Source: Podarcis cretensis (Eukaryota). Taken from it: a stretch of 64,000 nucleotides of DNA. Location of the stretch: positions 94,736,001-94,800,000 of the forward strand of contig OX638149.1 in assembly GCA_951804945.1 (NCBI GenBank), in the 5' to 3' direction. This document shows, in pieces, positions 49,073 to 62,920 of this stretch; position 1 is the first letter of the stretch, and each line of letters starts with the position of its first letter. The notes under the pieces are model-generated. The model saw only the letters and a program-made list of their open reading frames with translations. It was not told the DNA's origin and did no database searches. The translations under genes were made by a program, and so were the position numbers.

Positions 49073-52000
49073 AATATTTATTCCCCCACTCAAAGCCATT
49101 ACCAAATCTATTGATTGTGCTAATTAATCATTAACTGCTCATACTTCATGGAGGTGACCAACTCCTGGGAAAGTATGAAAAAATCAATGAAAGTTACTAT
49201 GAATCCCAGTGAAAAAGGCCTGCCCACCTACCAACTGCACTATAGTTGAGAGAAAGATATTTGCATAAGAAAATTTTGTATCTTGACAGTAGAAAGAGAA
49301 GATACACAAAATAGCAAGACCCATGGACTCTTAATACCTTGCAGTATAAGTGTCAGACAAACCCGTTTAAATGAGCTAAAGAAGGTCATGCATTCCTAAT
49401 TTTGATCACTTAGGTCAACAGGTTAGAATAACAACCGGGACAGGTTTGCATGCTGACATCATTATGGTAGGGATGTTCATACAATTCATTTATCAAAGTG
49501 CTCGTCACAGTGGGAAACTGGTTTCTTGTCCATTACCGCACATTTTTCCTACTTCTACACTGCATGGCTGTTTTCCTTTACTAATGTTTCCTGCTTAAAC
49601 TGATGTAGTACAAATTGCTATAAAGTTACCCTGAGAGGCCAAATGGCAGTAAAAAATCATCTTATTGTTTACCAATATGATGTAAGAACACCAGTAAGAG
49701 GTACACATACATATTTATATAAAGGCATTTCTGTAGATATATTTATATAAATATAGGTGCTATCAATAAGCATAGATGTGCATGATAAACCATGCAGAGT
49801 GAGAAATTCTAAGCAAGGTGGTGATCACACTCACCTCTTGGGGTTTGCACTTTCTATAACGCCTTCTACAAGCACTGTAACCATGCTTGATAGACCTTTT
49901 CTAAAAGCATATAATGGCCAAGGAGGTGTTGCTCAGTACTGATTATATTAGCCACAGTTACCTCAATACTTTGCCAAACAGTACCTGGCTGCCTTGCCAA
50001 AATTACAGCTAAATGGCGACAAAGCCAATGGGAACAATCCCCATTGGCCTTAGATTGCCTTTAGATCAGAGCCTTGGCAAGGATTGCTAAGTATGTGTGT
50101 TGTGAGATTCTACCGTTAGGCACTAGCCATAATAATACTTTCCACATCTGTGGAAATTAGACACTTTTTGGAAAGTGTTTCCCTTCCACTGAATATGTTT
50201 TGACCAAAAGCTTTGCAAACTCTCATCATTTCAATTTTAAACTATGAAGCCATTTTACCCAAGAGCTCTGTTAGGGAGAGGGGGATAATACTCAAATAGG
50301 ACTTAGTCTCTCTTGATACAGAAATGAAGCAGATAATCCTTAAAGGTGGTTTCCTGTTGCAACCCGGGGAGGGGGGGTGTTCTCTAAAGGCAGGTAATCC
50401 TTACTGTTAAAAGTTTGAATTAAACATTTTTGCAGTACTGTATAAGCGTACAATTAAAGGGACTGTTTTCCTTGACTTTTCTTATGATACACTACACCAG
50501 CCCCCAACAAATTGAGCAACACATTCAAAAGGGGTCAGGAACCAGAGAGGATGCCAGCAGAACTCTGCACGATATACTTAAGATAGAACATGTCATTCAC
50601 CAGACAAAACGGCGTTTATTTCAACAGATCAAATGAGACAAGCCAAGAAACCCTTCAAATATCTCCAGGAGAAACACATCTGTTATCCCACATGCATAAA
50701 GAATCTACTTGCATATTGTTCACGTTACATCTTCCTCTGAACTTGACGCAGGTCATTTTGAAACTATGCACTAAATAAAATACAAGTTTCCGAGATACAG
50801 ACAAGGGCGTAATTTTGACCACATGTTTGCCAAGAATGCCAAGTCCTCAAAAAGGTGTTGCTGTTGTGTGTTTTTTTTAATGTTAACTAAACAGAAATTG
50901 TTCTCTAGCTTTTTAAAAGTATTTCATAAGTTAAAGTGCTATTCACCTATAATAAAAATAGACAGCTTCAAATACAAACTGTAGCTGTATATCTCAATTT
51001 TATAAAGTCATTATGTCAATAAATACTGAGTAGAAAATTTAAAATTTGAGGCAGATTTACCACTCCTAACGCCTAGTAAGGCAGGCAGCGTTCCTATTAA
51101 TATGCCTCTTTAGGGTAACCTCTCCCCCTCCCTTAATGCTGTTTTTCACCAGCAATTGATATTTAGTGGCATATACTGCCTCAGGACATGGAACAATGGG
51201 AGGAATCACAGAACAATGGTAGAGCACATGCTTTACATCCAAAAGGTCCTGGCTTCAGTTTCCAGTTGAAATGAGATCAGACAGCAAGGCTGGAAAAGCC
51301 CCTTGTCTGATGGCCCTGAAGAGTTACTGCCCTACAGAGCATCTAATACTGTACTAGGGTAGATGTAGCAGGGACCCGATCAAGAAAAAGCAACATTTTA
51401 TGCTCAGGTTTCAGGTATTATGTTTTCTAGTACTGTATTGTTTCTTTTAGAGATGATATGAGTCTTTAATACAGACTCACATCAGGGCCTATGGAAGTAA
51501 AATTTTCCTTAATACCTGGTGGTTGTAAGGCCTGGTCCAAACAGGCAGCTTGCCTCTGTGGGTTGCTGATTGGTACATAACCACATTAAAGACAACTTCA
51601 TTTGGCAAGCTGTTTGTGTCTGCAACAATCTTAACCACACTAACCAAACCCTTGGTTACGGTGGCATACCTGAAATCACCAGAGCAGTGTCAGAAGCCGC
51701 TTCGCATAAACAGCTTAGCCCACAAAGCTGATACAGGTGTAATAGAAGCAGCTACGCATCTGCCTGCCTGGCTGCAGGTATAATTTAGGCTTCAGGAAGT
51801 TAATAAAGAAGGAACTATCAGTCTTGATTGAAGTTGATTTGTGTTTCCTCAAATGAAATGAAATGAAATGAAAATGTTGCATTTCTCCATTGGGAAACAT
51901 AGAGGCCTGTCTCAGAAACATTTTGAGCCCTGATTTCAAAAGGCAACAACATAGCTAAAAGAACCCTGTAAAAAAAGCTACACACCCCACTAAATCTTGC

Positions 52001-53592
52001 TGTTATTTGGTACTATGGCTGACATCCCATGATCTCCAAAGAAGAAAAGTGCTAATGATTTTGAATACTGGAAAAAAATACATCAAGTTCTTGGAACTAT
52101 GCAATACTTTCACAGATCTTTCTACTTCTTGGAACCCCAACCTCTCCAGCACTATTAGTATCCTACAGTGTGCCTAAAATGACATCATCCTATGAGATGG
52201 AAAATGAATATTAATATTCGAGTTTTGAACTATACCAGTTCCTTTTACACGTACATCCACATGCTAGAGGTTAAGGTGGTCAACAAACATACAATTGCTG
52301 AGCAACTAGAGTTGCACATAAAGCCTTCATTTTGAAAACAAACAGGTCAGATTACAAAAGAAAAGGTTGCACACGTATTGCCAGGATCGTAATAAAATGC
52401 ATTCAGGAAGCTTATACCATGATGTTGTGAAGTCATAAAATAATCAGATATGCCTGGAGTCTTGGAAAGAGCCCATGAATTGCTTTAGGATTGGCAGCAT
52501 TCATGTGTTGGTGACTTATTACTCTCCCTGTACATGGAGCGGGGCTTCTTTAACGAAGGGCAAATAAAACAGAAAATAAAAGTAAGAGAAGAGTAGAGTT
52601 CTGGAGTTACAGTACTTTACTCACTGGCTCTAGTTTCTCTCTTTTCATCAAGAGTAGCATGCTGAAGTTCTGCCTGGCTTGTACCACTATGCTTTCCCAC
52701 TTCTGCTGCCTTTCTGCTATGGGGACAGGAGACTCTGTAACTCAAATTGCTGCCTCCCCTTCAATACTTCAGAGGGAAGTCTTTCTCCCTGCCCAATCAG
52801 AGAAAGCATGGGTGTGTCATTTGAAGCAGGAAGCACACATACATACATACACTTTTCCTTCTGGGGCTGGCTAACCAAGCTTCCTTTGAGGTGGACATGC
52901 AATGAGTCCTCTATTTGAAGGGCTGGCCAATCCGAGATAGGGCAGGGATATTGAAGTTGCCAATCGACAGGTGGCTCTGGATAGCAGACTGAGCAAGGAT
53001 ACTGCTCACCTATTCACAGTATTTCCCATTATGGTGAGATGTATTTCTATAGTTGTCATTGCTAAATTTGCATCTATGCATGTAAATTAACATAAGCAAA
53101 TTTTATGCATTTGCATTTTTTATGTATTGGGTGTTTTTTTGTTTTTTGTTTTGTAGAACACAAGTGGCTACTCAACTGCCCTGTTCACATCTTCCTAGAG
53201 TTGTTTTTTACTAGCTCCCTATCCTCCCACCCAGCAATTATCAAGAGCGCAAGAGACTGGCCAAGTCAGTGCAAGTCAGCATTATTCTGTTGGTGGCAGA
53301 TGGGTATGGCTGATAGAGCAGTTTCTTCTCCCTGCCTTAGCTAGCATAGAGCTGGGCAACCTGCCAACAGCATGGGACCCAGTGGAAAATTATTTGCTTA
53401 AAATCTTCAAAACCGATTTTTCTCCTCCAATATTTTAAGGACTGTGTGGTACTATAATCCCAGCCACAAGAAAGTCAATAGGAGCACCTGTAATTGCTTG
53501 AGAAATACAGCTGGTTGCCAACATTGTAGATTACTTTTCCAGCAAAGGGTGTCTGGCAAATCACTCCCTCCATCAAATCATACTGAAGGCGG

Positions 53593-53644
53593 CTGCTGCT
53601 GCTGCTGCTGCTGCTACTGCAGCAGCAGCAGCAGGAGGAGGAGG
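53593..53644 (+). repeat. Compound trinucleotide repeat (CTG)7CTACTG(CAG)5(GAG)3
   Basis: Read directly from the sequence. Confidence 0.95.
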
Positions 53645-54309
53645 AAGACCGTAACCACCATAATCTGAGATAGGCACCTACAGTAGGCTGTGTTGCTGAG
53701 AAATTAACGTGCATGCACCTTCCTTAAATCTGATTTGTACTTTATGTGTACTTTAACAGACAGCATGAAACTCTATTCTGGAAAAGCTGTGGTTGTATTT
53801 CTATTACCTTAAAGCCTTATTTTTTTAAAAAAAACCCAAACAAACCCACAATTAGAGAGTCCTGATCTAGACTGCGGAGGGGAGAGGAGTTAATCCTTAC
53901 ATACAAACACACAGAGAAAGTCATGCCATTTCCTCCATAAAATTCATTCCCCTGAAATGGCAATTTGCCCCAAAATGGAAACTACTATTTTCACCCAAAC
54001 AGTTTTCCTGTGGCTTAAGGTAGAATTTTCCATGGGGGAATTGGCAAATCTATATCTTAACTGCTTCATATGTAAACAAGGAATGTCTTCAGCGAAGTGA
54101 TAGATACTCAAAGAAGTTTCAGAATATGGTACTCATAAGCTTTAATGAATCTGATCTACTTTCTGAGGCAAAGCAAGGCTCGTTACCAGTATATATAGTG
54201 GAATAAGTATATGTACTTGAGTTTGAGTTTCATTTGCATATTCATTTAGGTACTTTCCTTATAGTAGGTTTGTTTTTTGCATTATTATTATATGAGCCTT
54301 CAGGTTTAC

Positions 54310-54348
54310 ATAGAATCATAGAATTGTAGCATTGGAAGGGACCCTACA
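54310..54348 (-). mobile_element. CR1 3' terminus remnant
   Basis: catagaatcatagaattgtag..ttggaagggaccc, the reverse complement of the (ATTCTATG)n CR1 tail. Confidence 0.7.
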
Positions 54349-57300
54349 ACTGTCCCTGGGTGGCCTTCTGCTTAACAACTAGACGCATTGACCCACGGTT
54401 TTTATAGAACTTGTCTCTTTAATGCTATGTAAACTCTGGTTTCCTTAAATAAATAAATAAAATAGGACTGGTAAACAAACTAGGCCTGTTATTCCTGCAT
54501 AACACCCCAATCCTATCCATGTCAATTCAGTTCCACTGAATTCAGTGGGTTTACTCACTGGTAAGTGCACTAGGACTGCAGTCCAAACCTTTATTTGCAT
54601 TACCTTTCTTCATGTGAAAATCACTTTAGAGGCCATCTTGATAAATTACAAAAATGGGCCATGGGTTGGCACAGAAAAGGGACACTTGCTTTCATAATGT
54701 GTGTATGTCTAGTAAATACAAAAAAGACAGCTGAAATAGGGACAGAAAATAACACTGATAACACCAAATGTGTGAGATTCTTAGGGGTTGAAACTAGCTT
54801 TTGTTTGAGTGTCACTATACTAAATTTGAGATCCGTGTGTGATCCCTAAGTTTTTTTTCAGTTCTGACTGAGATGCCAATCCTATACACACTTACCTGGG
54901 AATAAGTCTTAATTTTGTAACAAGAACAAGAGAAAATCAACTGTATGTTTCACTGAATGTTGATTTCTGTATTGTAATAAAATGGCCTCATGAAGTACCA
55001 CTTGCCTGGAAACTCTGGAATAGGCCGGTTCTTCAACAGATGGCTGAATCATATTCTTTAACTCCCTTGACAGGTAGTAATCTTACTTGACCCTTAATGT
55101 GCACTCAGAATCCTCTTTAATTTTAATTATCATCTACCTTGACCCTATGACTATAGTATTTCTTAGACATAAGTATAATAGTTGATTGTCACCATATCAC
55201 AACAGGATGGGTAAAACTGGCATAAACTGGATTTTCCCAAGGCAAAAACTACTCAGTTCTACATTCTTTTTGTACTGTTGTTGTTGTTTTTTTAAAAAAA
55301 TGGATAGTAAGATTAATCCAAATTTTGTATGGGATTTGTGGCAGCACACACAAATAACACCATTTGGGTCTCATATAAGCCAAGCTCACATATGAAATAA
55401 ATAACAAGGGTCATAAGCGTTCATATGTACAATTATTACAAAGTTTTTACAAAAAAGCATTGGTATATCAACAATGATTCTACTTCCTGTCAAGAAGTTG
55501 ATGGAACAAAAAAAAAACATAGTTGGGAAGGGGCCATAGCTCATACTTAGCAGATTCAATTCTTGGCATTTGGTAACTGTAGGAAAGATCTCTGCCCAAA
55601 ACCTACTGAGTCATCAAGGAAGCAACACTTTATTTGAAACCTATGCCTAATTTTTGTTCTCCAATGATTTCTGTTTTGTTCTAATATTTTTTCTCTGCCT
55701 TGTTACCTTTAAAACTCAACAAAGATTATTCCAAAAGAAAAAAAAGAAACCAAAGCTTGCAAGAATCCATCCACAGGTTCCATTTCTTACTAGGACACAC
55801 ACACAAAAACAGATTGCAGGGGAGTTCAGAATCAGCCCACCTAACTAATGTCCTAGGGGTCATTCATATTCTGAGGAGAAAAATTCTAATAGCCCAGCCA
55901 AACATGTATGAAGATATTTTAAGAACTCAGCAAACGATGTGCATCTTCATAATTCCTGGTGTTTAACAATCGTAACTTTAAGAGAAACATCAGATCAAGC
56001 CCACAATGGGGGTATTCTAGGAAGTGGAGCATGAAATGTCCTGTTTTAAGAGCCATAAGTGTTGGCTGCTTGCACTAGTGCAAAAGTTCTCAAACATTCC
56101 AAGGAGGCCTTTCCACACTAACTTGTCATGTGAGAAGCCCCTGGCTGTCAGTTATACAACTAACCTCAATGAAGGCTGCCTGTCTCAAGCCATTCAAAAG
56201 CAGGTGTATTTCTGCCTTGTAGAGAAGCTTCTGACATGTACATCACACCCACCAAGGGTGGCCAGTACTGCTTATGGTGCTAAGAAACCGCTCTGAGGGA
56301 AGTTTAGAGATCCGAAGCAATTCCACTTGCTGAGGCAATATTTTCTCTTGAACTCCAGAGCTATAAAACTTGCAGAACACCAAGATACACAAAGCATCTG
56401 CAGACCCCACACAAGCCACGCCACAGTCATGTTGTTTCAGACCTAGATCTTCAGTTCACATCCACTGGAGATGTCAGAGGTCACAACATGAAAAAGACCA
56501 ACCAACCTCCTTTGAAAGCCACAATCCAGACAAAAGGAAGCTTATATTTTGGAATGGAACAATATGAACACAGTCAAAATTATCTTTATTCTGATCAGGA
56601 TCTTTAGACACAGTAACATCAAACAGTATGTAAAACCCTTTGATGGAAATTTAATTCTTTTAAAATATGCACAAGGTAATTGAGAACACATTTTAGAATA
56701 CTTGGGTTGTAAAAGCAGTAGACCTGTAAAAGCTGCACAGCACAAACAACACTGAAACCTTTTCCTTCTGCCTGAAAATGATCTCGTGGACATTCACCAC
56801 CACGATGCATAAATCTTACCTTGAAACCAATTCTTCAAAATGCCCCTACCCCTAACCATTGAGGTGTATAGGGAAAGACCTGCCCCTAGTGCTTAAGCTT
56901 TAAAATTAGACCTTTTATCATGAAACCACAACTGTGAAATTCCCTTCTCAAGGAAGCCTGCCAGGACTTTGGCAGAAGACAGGTGAGATCTTTCCTTCTT
57001 AGGCAGGCATTCAAACATATTTAATTTTCTGGATAAATTGTTGGATATGACTACTGCTACATACTTTTCCTGGTTTTGCTGTATAACGGCTAGAATGCAA
57101 AGCCCACACACAACTTTCCATATACACTGTTGTGCACAGGGCTGTCTTAAGCATATGCGGCGCCAGGGTACAAAGATCCGCCCAGCGCCCCCTCCCCCAG
57201 GTTGCCCAGAGTTGTTGACATTTTTTAGGGGGGACCCCAAAGTTGTTGATCTTTTTTTTTTTAGGAAAGGTTCTCTACTCCAGAAAAGAAAACAGAAACA

Positions 57301-58434
57301 TGTGTCTGGGGGCTGCAAAGAGGAAGGGAACGGGCCATGGGGGACTGTATATTAATACCCCACCTTTTCCCCTGACAGGACTCAAGGCAGCTTACAGACC
57401 CCACTAGGATCCCACCCCACAGGGTCCTTCAGCTCCAACTCTTCAAGTTCCGCCCATTCGTCCTCAGGATCCAACCATCCCATTTATGACACTTCTACAG
57501 GACTCATGACAATACTGGAGCTAAGCAGTTCAATTATAGCTAGTTCTTAAAAACACAGAGAGAAATTGGTTGTCTTCTCAGAATCCCTAACGATGATAAA
57601 ACTGATACCTTGGAAGAGGCCTAGAAAGAAATGTAGAGTCAGACTTTGTGTATGCCCATTTTGGCATTAGGAAAGTGGTGTATCCGTCCATTTGTTCCTC
57701 ACTTCCTGAGCCTTGAGTAGAGGAAAAACAATGTTGGAACTGGCCCAGACCATTCAAACTATTAAAGTGCACGGTCACTTAACTGAGTTCGAGCCTAACA
57801 CAATTACCAACCAGTTGTCCTGCAAAATATACATATATTATAAAATAGTGGAGTCTTCTGAAGAAATGCAGAGCAATTTAGGGTTATTACAAATAATCTC
57901 AAGCCATTACTTGTCTCTAATTAGAATGATTGAGGTCTGAAACTAGCTGCTTGGTTTGAAGGAATGAAAACTCCTAGGCTGCAGCAATCCTTCAAGATAG
58001 TAATTTAGAGGGCTGTAATAGCATGAAACAGGACCCCTGACAGATTCCTTCAATTACTGTAATTCCAGACACATCAAAAGGGTAGCTCACTTAAGATTTT
58101 TACAGAGGATTAAAACAAATAAATAAGCATAACCAGTACCTTCAATTTAATCGAAAAGCATTTTACTGCTGGCACTAGATTAGTGTATTTAACTAGCAAA
58201 AAAATAAACAAATGCTCTCTCAATCAAAATACAGTGCCACCTCAAGAATATCATCACAAATAATCGGATGTCAGGCACATTTAAGCCCACAAAAATCAAT
58301 GTTTGTGTGTCCATTAGTTATAGCATGTGACACGGGACATCAGTGTGTCTTTTAGTTATAGCATGTGACATGAGATATCCTATAGGCACCACCTGCATAT
58401 TATCATATTATTATTCTGCTTCTATTATCTGGAT

Positions 58435-58566
58435 TAGGAGCAGGGAATCTGTGGTCCTCCAGATGCTGTTGGAATCCAACTCCCAATAGCGCCACCTAGT
58501 ATGAGCGATTGTCAGAGGTGGTGGAAATGGTTGTCCACCAACATCTGGATGTCCACAGATCCCCTG
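58435..58566. mobile_element. hAT MITE with perfect 8-bp TSD
   Basis: TSD ATCTGGAT at 58427-58434 and 58567-58574; arms atctgtggtcctccagatg / catctggatgtccacagat. Confidence 0.8.
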
Positions 58567-61500
58567 ATCTGGATAATCCAAGATTAAGAGGTAGCACATA
58601 GATAAAAATGGGCATAAATATTTGTTCTAATCCACATACACTGCTACTTATGTGAGTGCTGCAATGCCAAAGAAGCTCTTCCTCTGTGAACAGGGAATGT
58701 GCAAGATGCAACATGTCAGCATCAGATGACCTGCTCGGCTTTCCTCTGCCAGATGAAGTAAGGTGTGTGGTTACATGACGCAGGTCCTTCGTAGTAGGGG
58801 CACTCAGGCTTTGCTTACTGCTTAGGTTCAGAAGGGTAGTGAAGACGCTTTTTTCGGAGAGCTTTTGGTATAAGTGATAATTGAGTATTGTTCTAGATGT
58901 TTTCTGACTATTTGGATCGTGTTGCTTTGGTTTTCTTTTGCAACTGCACCAATTTTTTGTTGTGCTTTCAGTATTATTTCGTTTACACTTCATTTTCCTG
59001 TTGTCTAACAAGCAACAAGGCAGGACATAAATGTATGCATACTTTATATCGGTGATTCCCAATCTGTAGATCGTGATCAGGAAGTGAGTTGCTAAGACTG
59101 TTCAAGTGGGTTGTGGGTTTTATTAGTAAACTCAAAATAATTATTGCTTTTAATCTTTAATGAGTATGACGAACACGTCTTACACCAGAAGTGTTCTTTT
59201 TATCTCAGGAGAAGATTTTCATGTGCCCCCTGCTTCAAGCTGTCCTGCCATTTACCTACATTCTAGTATTCTACCAGAAAACTTTTGGGAGGTCTAGACT
59301 TTTGATTAGCTTCCCATCACCCTGAAGAACCAGGCTGAATGGCTGAAAAGAATGATCCTTTTTAGCTTCAGTCATTGAAGAACTAATATAGCAGTGGCAG
59401 CGGCAGCTACCCTCTGAGTGAATGAAGAAAGCGAGGATGAGAACATTTGCTTGACCTCTCAGCCTTTCCACTGTGGTTCATATCTCTAGTGTTTTGCTAA
59501 CAGAAGAAAACTTCTCCAGTGCACTGATGAGGCTCAGAGACTAAACATAACATCTTCTGGTGTGGCTTCACTTCAAATGAAAAAATATATTCATTCTCTC
59601 TTCCTGCCGTCTGCCTGTGGTGCCAGTGCCAAATCTGGGCAAGAAGACAAAACTTAAGTATACAAAAGAATGCATTAGACACAGCGTCCAGGAGTTTGAA
59701 AGTATAAAGTGGACCAGTGGGAGATGTATGACTGACTCAAGTAGAAACATTTAATCAAAGTTCTATGCAACTAGCCCCACTCCCCATCCCACCCCACCCC
59801 CCGGTGGGGTGATTGCCCTCCCTGAACTAATACCGTGGGCTATGCTCTATCCAGTACACATGCAAATTATTCATTCGTGAACATTTAGGGTCAAACTCAT
59901 CTTAAGCCACATTCATTCCCCAGACATTCACTTCTGCTGTGTGCATTAATCTGCTCCAAGTCTATTTTCTTCTTAAGTGTTTATGTTTAAACAGTTTTAT
60001 TGGGGAGCTGTTGTTTTGCAACAAAGCAACCTAACTCTATTTCCTGATACTGACAGATCTTATCCTCTGAGCATCCATCCATAGGCAGAGCGCACAGGAA
60101 CAGATGTGAAGAGAATGCAGCCACTAGCCTGTAATCTGACAGGAAGCAGCCTCCTCACATCCCAAAATCTTTATGGTACCACCTATGTGTTTTTCCTCTG
60201 CATAGTGAATCCCTGCAACTTCATAATAGAAGCACTTAGGACTCTTGAACACAGCATGAGAAGGGCAGTGCAGGGGAACAGATGTGGGCACTCACTGTTT
60301 CTACTCCCAGATTTGCAACTCTCCCTGACCCTCCCCCCCATTGTCTTTCAGATGTTTGTGGGTGGAAACCACATTCCCAGACTTAGGTCTCTGCCAAATG
60401 TCTAGGTTGCCCCCATATGATTTTGTAAAACAGCTAAGGCATTGCTTCTCTAAACTTTATGAAATAAAGTGCCCTAATAAACTTACAAGAGTGCCTATGC
60501 TCCTTCCAGTCTAAACATCTCAACGAGAGAATATACCCACATGGATCCTCCACTCCTTCAGCCATTTCTTCCTTTATACAGTCAGTTTCTACACTGACCA
60601 ATGTGGTTATTTTGGATTGGAAGATGCAACATTTAAATAAATAAATAAACACGTTCTCCCTCCCCCATAATACTTGAATTCAGGGGCACCCAAGGAAATA
60701 GATAGACAACATATTCAAGAACGATACCCCCCCCCCATATATATATATATATTTCCATCAATGTACAATTAAAGTATGGAAGTCGCTGCCATATATGTGG
60801 TGGTGACCACAGCCTTAGAATGATTTCAGCAATTCCATGGAAAATTGAATTATTAGCATTTACTGGCTGTAATACCTAATCTCCATGATCAGAAGCAGGA
60901 ATGGCAAAGGCCTTCATGCCATGATTATGGGCTTCCCATAATCGTCTTGCTGGCTATTTTGTAGAACAGGAAACAGTATACTAGATAAGGGTTGGGGTGC
61001 TAGATGTTGTTGAGTTCTATTCTCATGAAGGCAGGGTTGATGGGAGCCAGAGTCCAACAGTGTCTGGAGGGCCACCATTTACCCATCCCTGAACTAGATA
61101 GATCTTTGTTCTGATCCAGTTGGCCCTTCCTATCCCCCATTCCTGTTTTGGCTAATACACTGAATGGCTTACAACTCATGCCTCCCTCTTCCTGCACCAC
61201 AACAGCAACCTGGGTAACTGATTGGCAGCAATCTGCTTCAGAACCCAACTCCCCTGTTTCAGTGATGATGTGACCCACATTGCAGAATCCTGAGATTTCC
61301 TTTTGTTTAGGCTATAAGCAAGGTTGTTGATGGTTTACAAAATGTTTGGGCAATGAATCACCTAACTTATACATAAAAATATATTTGTGCACATTACCAA
61401 AGCATCAGTGTAGCTGCCTTCTGAAGTAACTATAAGGTAATTTAAGAAACAGAATCGAGGAGTTATTGCCTTTGGCACAGAAGCTAAATTTAGTCCAGAA

Positions 61501-62129
61501 CCCCATAAAGCAAATGCAACATTTAGAGCAGTGGCTATTGTGGAAGAGGGGATTTCGGGAGGTACGACAGCCTTATTTGGTATTTGGGTGTTATTCCCTC
61601 GCACAATTAATGTAACGAGAGGAAAAGCATAGTCTTGCTTGTATGAGGGCAAGCTACACATTGGGGAACTTTGGCAATGGGGAAGCCTGATCAAGGCATT
61701 ATTGGAAGGGCCCAAATAGTGTATCACGGAGAAGTGAGTAAAGCTGAAACCTCTGTGATTGGCACAAGACCATAAGCAAGCCACTTTCCTATTGACTACA
61801 ACAACAGAAATGGGAGCCTAAGTTGATTTGCCAGTGAGGAAGGAGCTGCTGCCGCATGGGAAGCAAGCCACAGCTCTCCAGAAGAGTGGATGTTAACAAA
61901 TTATTGCACTTCTGCTGCTTGTAACTGATTATTTTATTTTATTTTACATTCAGTAGTGTTGGGTTTTGTTAACAACCACTTTGTAATATTAGGAACAAGT
62001 TTAAGCAACCAAACAAACCAGACAAGTTTAAGCAACCAAATATTTCAAAGGTTTCCTAAACTGATTTTGATTTTTTAACAAAATAAGTTTCCTAGTTTGA
62101 GCATTTTGCAAGGGAGGGAGAGGAGAAGA

Positions 62130-62365
62130 TAAACCACCTGTGCTCTGCAGGTTGAGGGCCTCCTGCAGATACCATCTTAATCAGGAGTCAATTCTACACC
62201 ATGTAGGAATCGGGCCTTTAGTGTTGTTGCACCTGCCATTTGGAATTCCCTCTTCTTGAATATCAGAAAAGCACCATCTCTATTATGTCTTTGGCACCGA
62301 CTGAAGACCTTCCTCTTTCAACAAACCTTTTAAGCAAGTATCTTGCCCAGTCTGGAACTGCTTAA
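62130..62365 (+). mobile_element. L2 3' fragment followed by a hAT-like element starting near 62367
   Basis: RAFSVVAPAIWNSLFLNIRKAPSLL...LKTFLFQQTF motif; then gtggttttcaaccagtgtgccatggaaccctggggtgcc, resembling a hAT end. Confidence 0.65.
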
Positions 62366-62804
62366 GGAAGTGGTTTTCAACCAGTGTGCCATGGAACCCT
62401 GGGGTGCCTTGAATGATGGTCAGGGGTGCCACAGGCAACACTAGCCTCTGTCCATCTTTTCTTCCCTCCCTTCTCTGATGCCTTCTTACATCTCTGCCTC
62501 CGAAAGGCTTGCACAGCTGTTTGTTGCAGCAGCCCTGGCTACAAGCTCCCCAGGCAAATGGTGCCTCTGGGGCTGGCCAGTGGGTGCTTTCCAGGCCCCT
62601 GTGGGCAGAGGGAGGAAGCACCTCTCTTTGGGGCGGGGGGGGGGGCATCAGCTCAGAGACCAGGAGTGGCAGTGCTGCTGCCCAGAGTACTTCCAAGGAG
62701 ATGGGAGAAGAGAGAAGACTGAGGAACACTCCACAAGGGCCTATCCACACTTTCTTTCATTCTGTGATTTCAAGTCAAGGGTTCAAGAGGGGGCTTTTTG
62801 ACCC

Positions 62805-62920
62805 ACCAGTTTCCCTGGAAAACTTGCTGTTTACTGAAGAATCAGAACAAATCTAAACTGGGTTTTTTGTGGATTGATGTTTGTTCCAATTGAGCAGTAA
62901 ACAGCAGGTTTTCCCAGGAC
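62805..62920. mobile_element. Palindromic MITE core (family of 4.9 and 42.3 kb)
   Basis: ctggaaaacttgctgtttactg / cagtaaacagcaggttttcccag inverted arms. Confidence 0.65.

Noticed and set aside
58496-59062. 188-aa minus-strand ORF
   Set aside because: No domain similarity, a non-ATG start, and it runs into a MITE.
62283-62856. Cluster of 100-155 aa ORFs
   Set aside because: GC-rich transposon remnants reduce stop-codon frequency.
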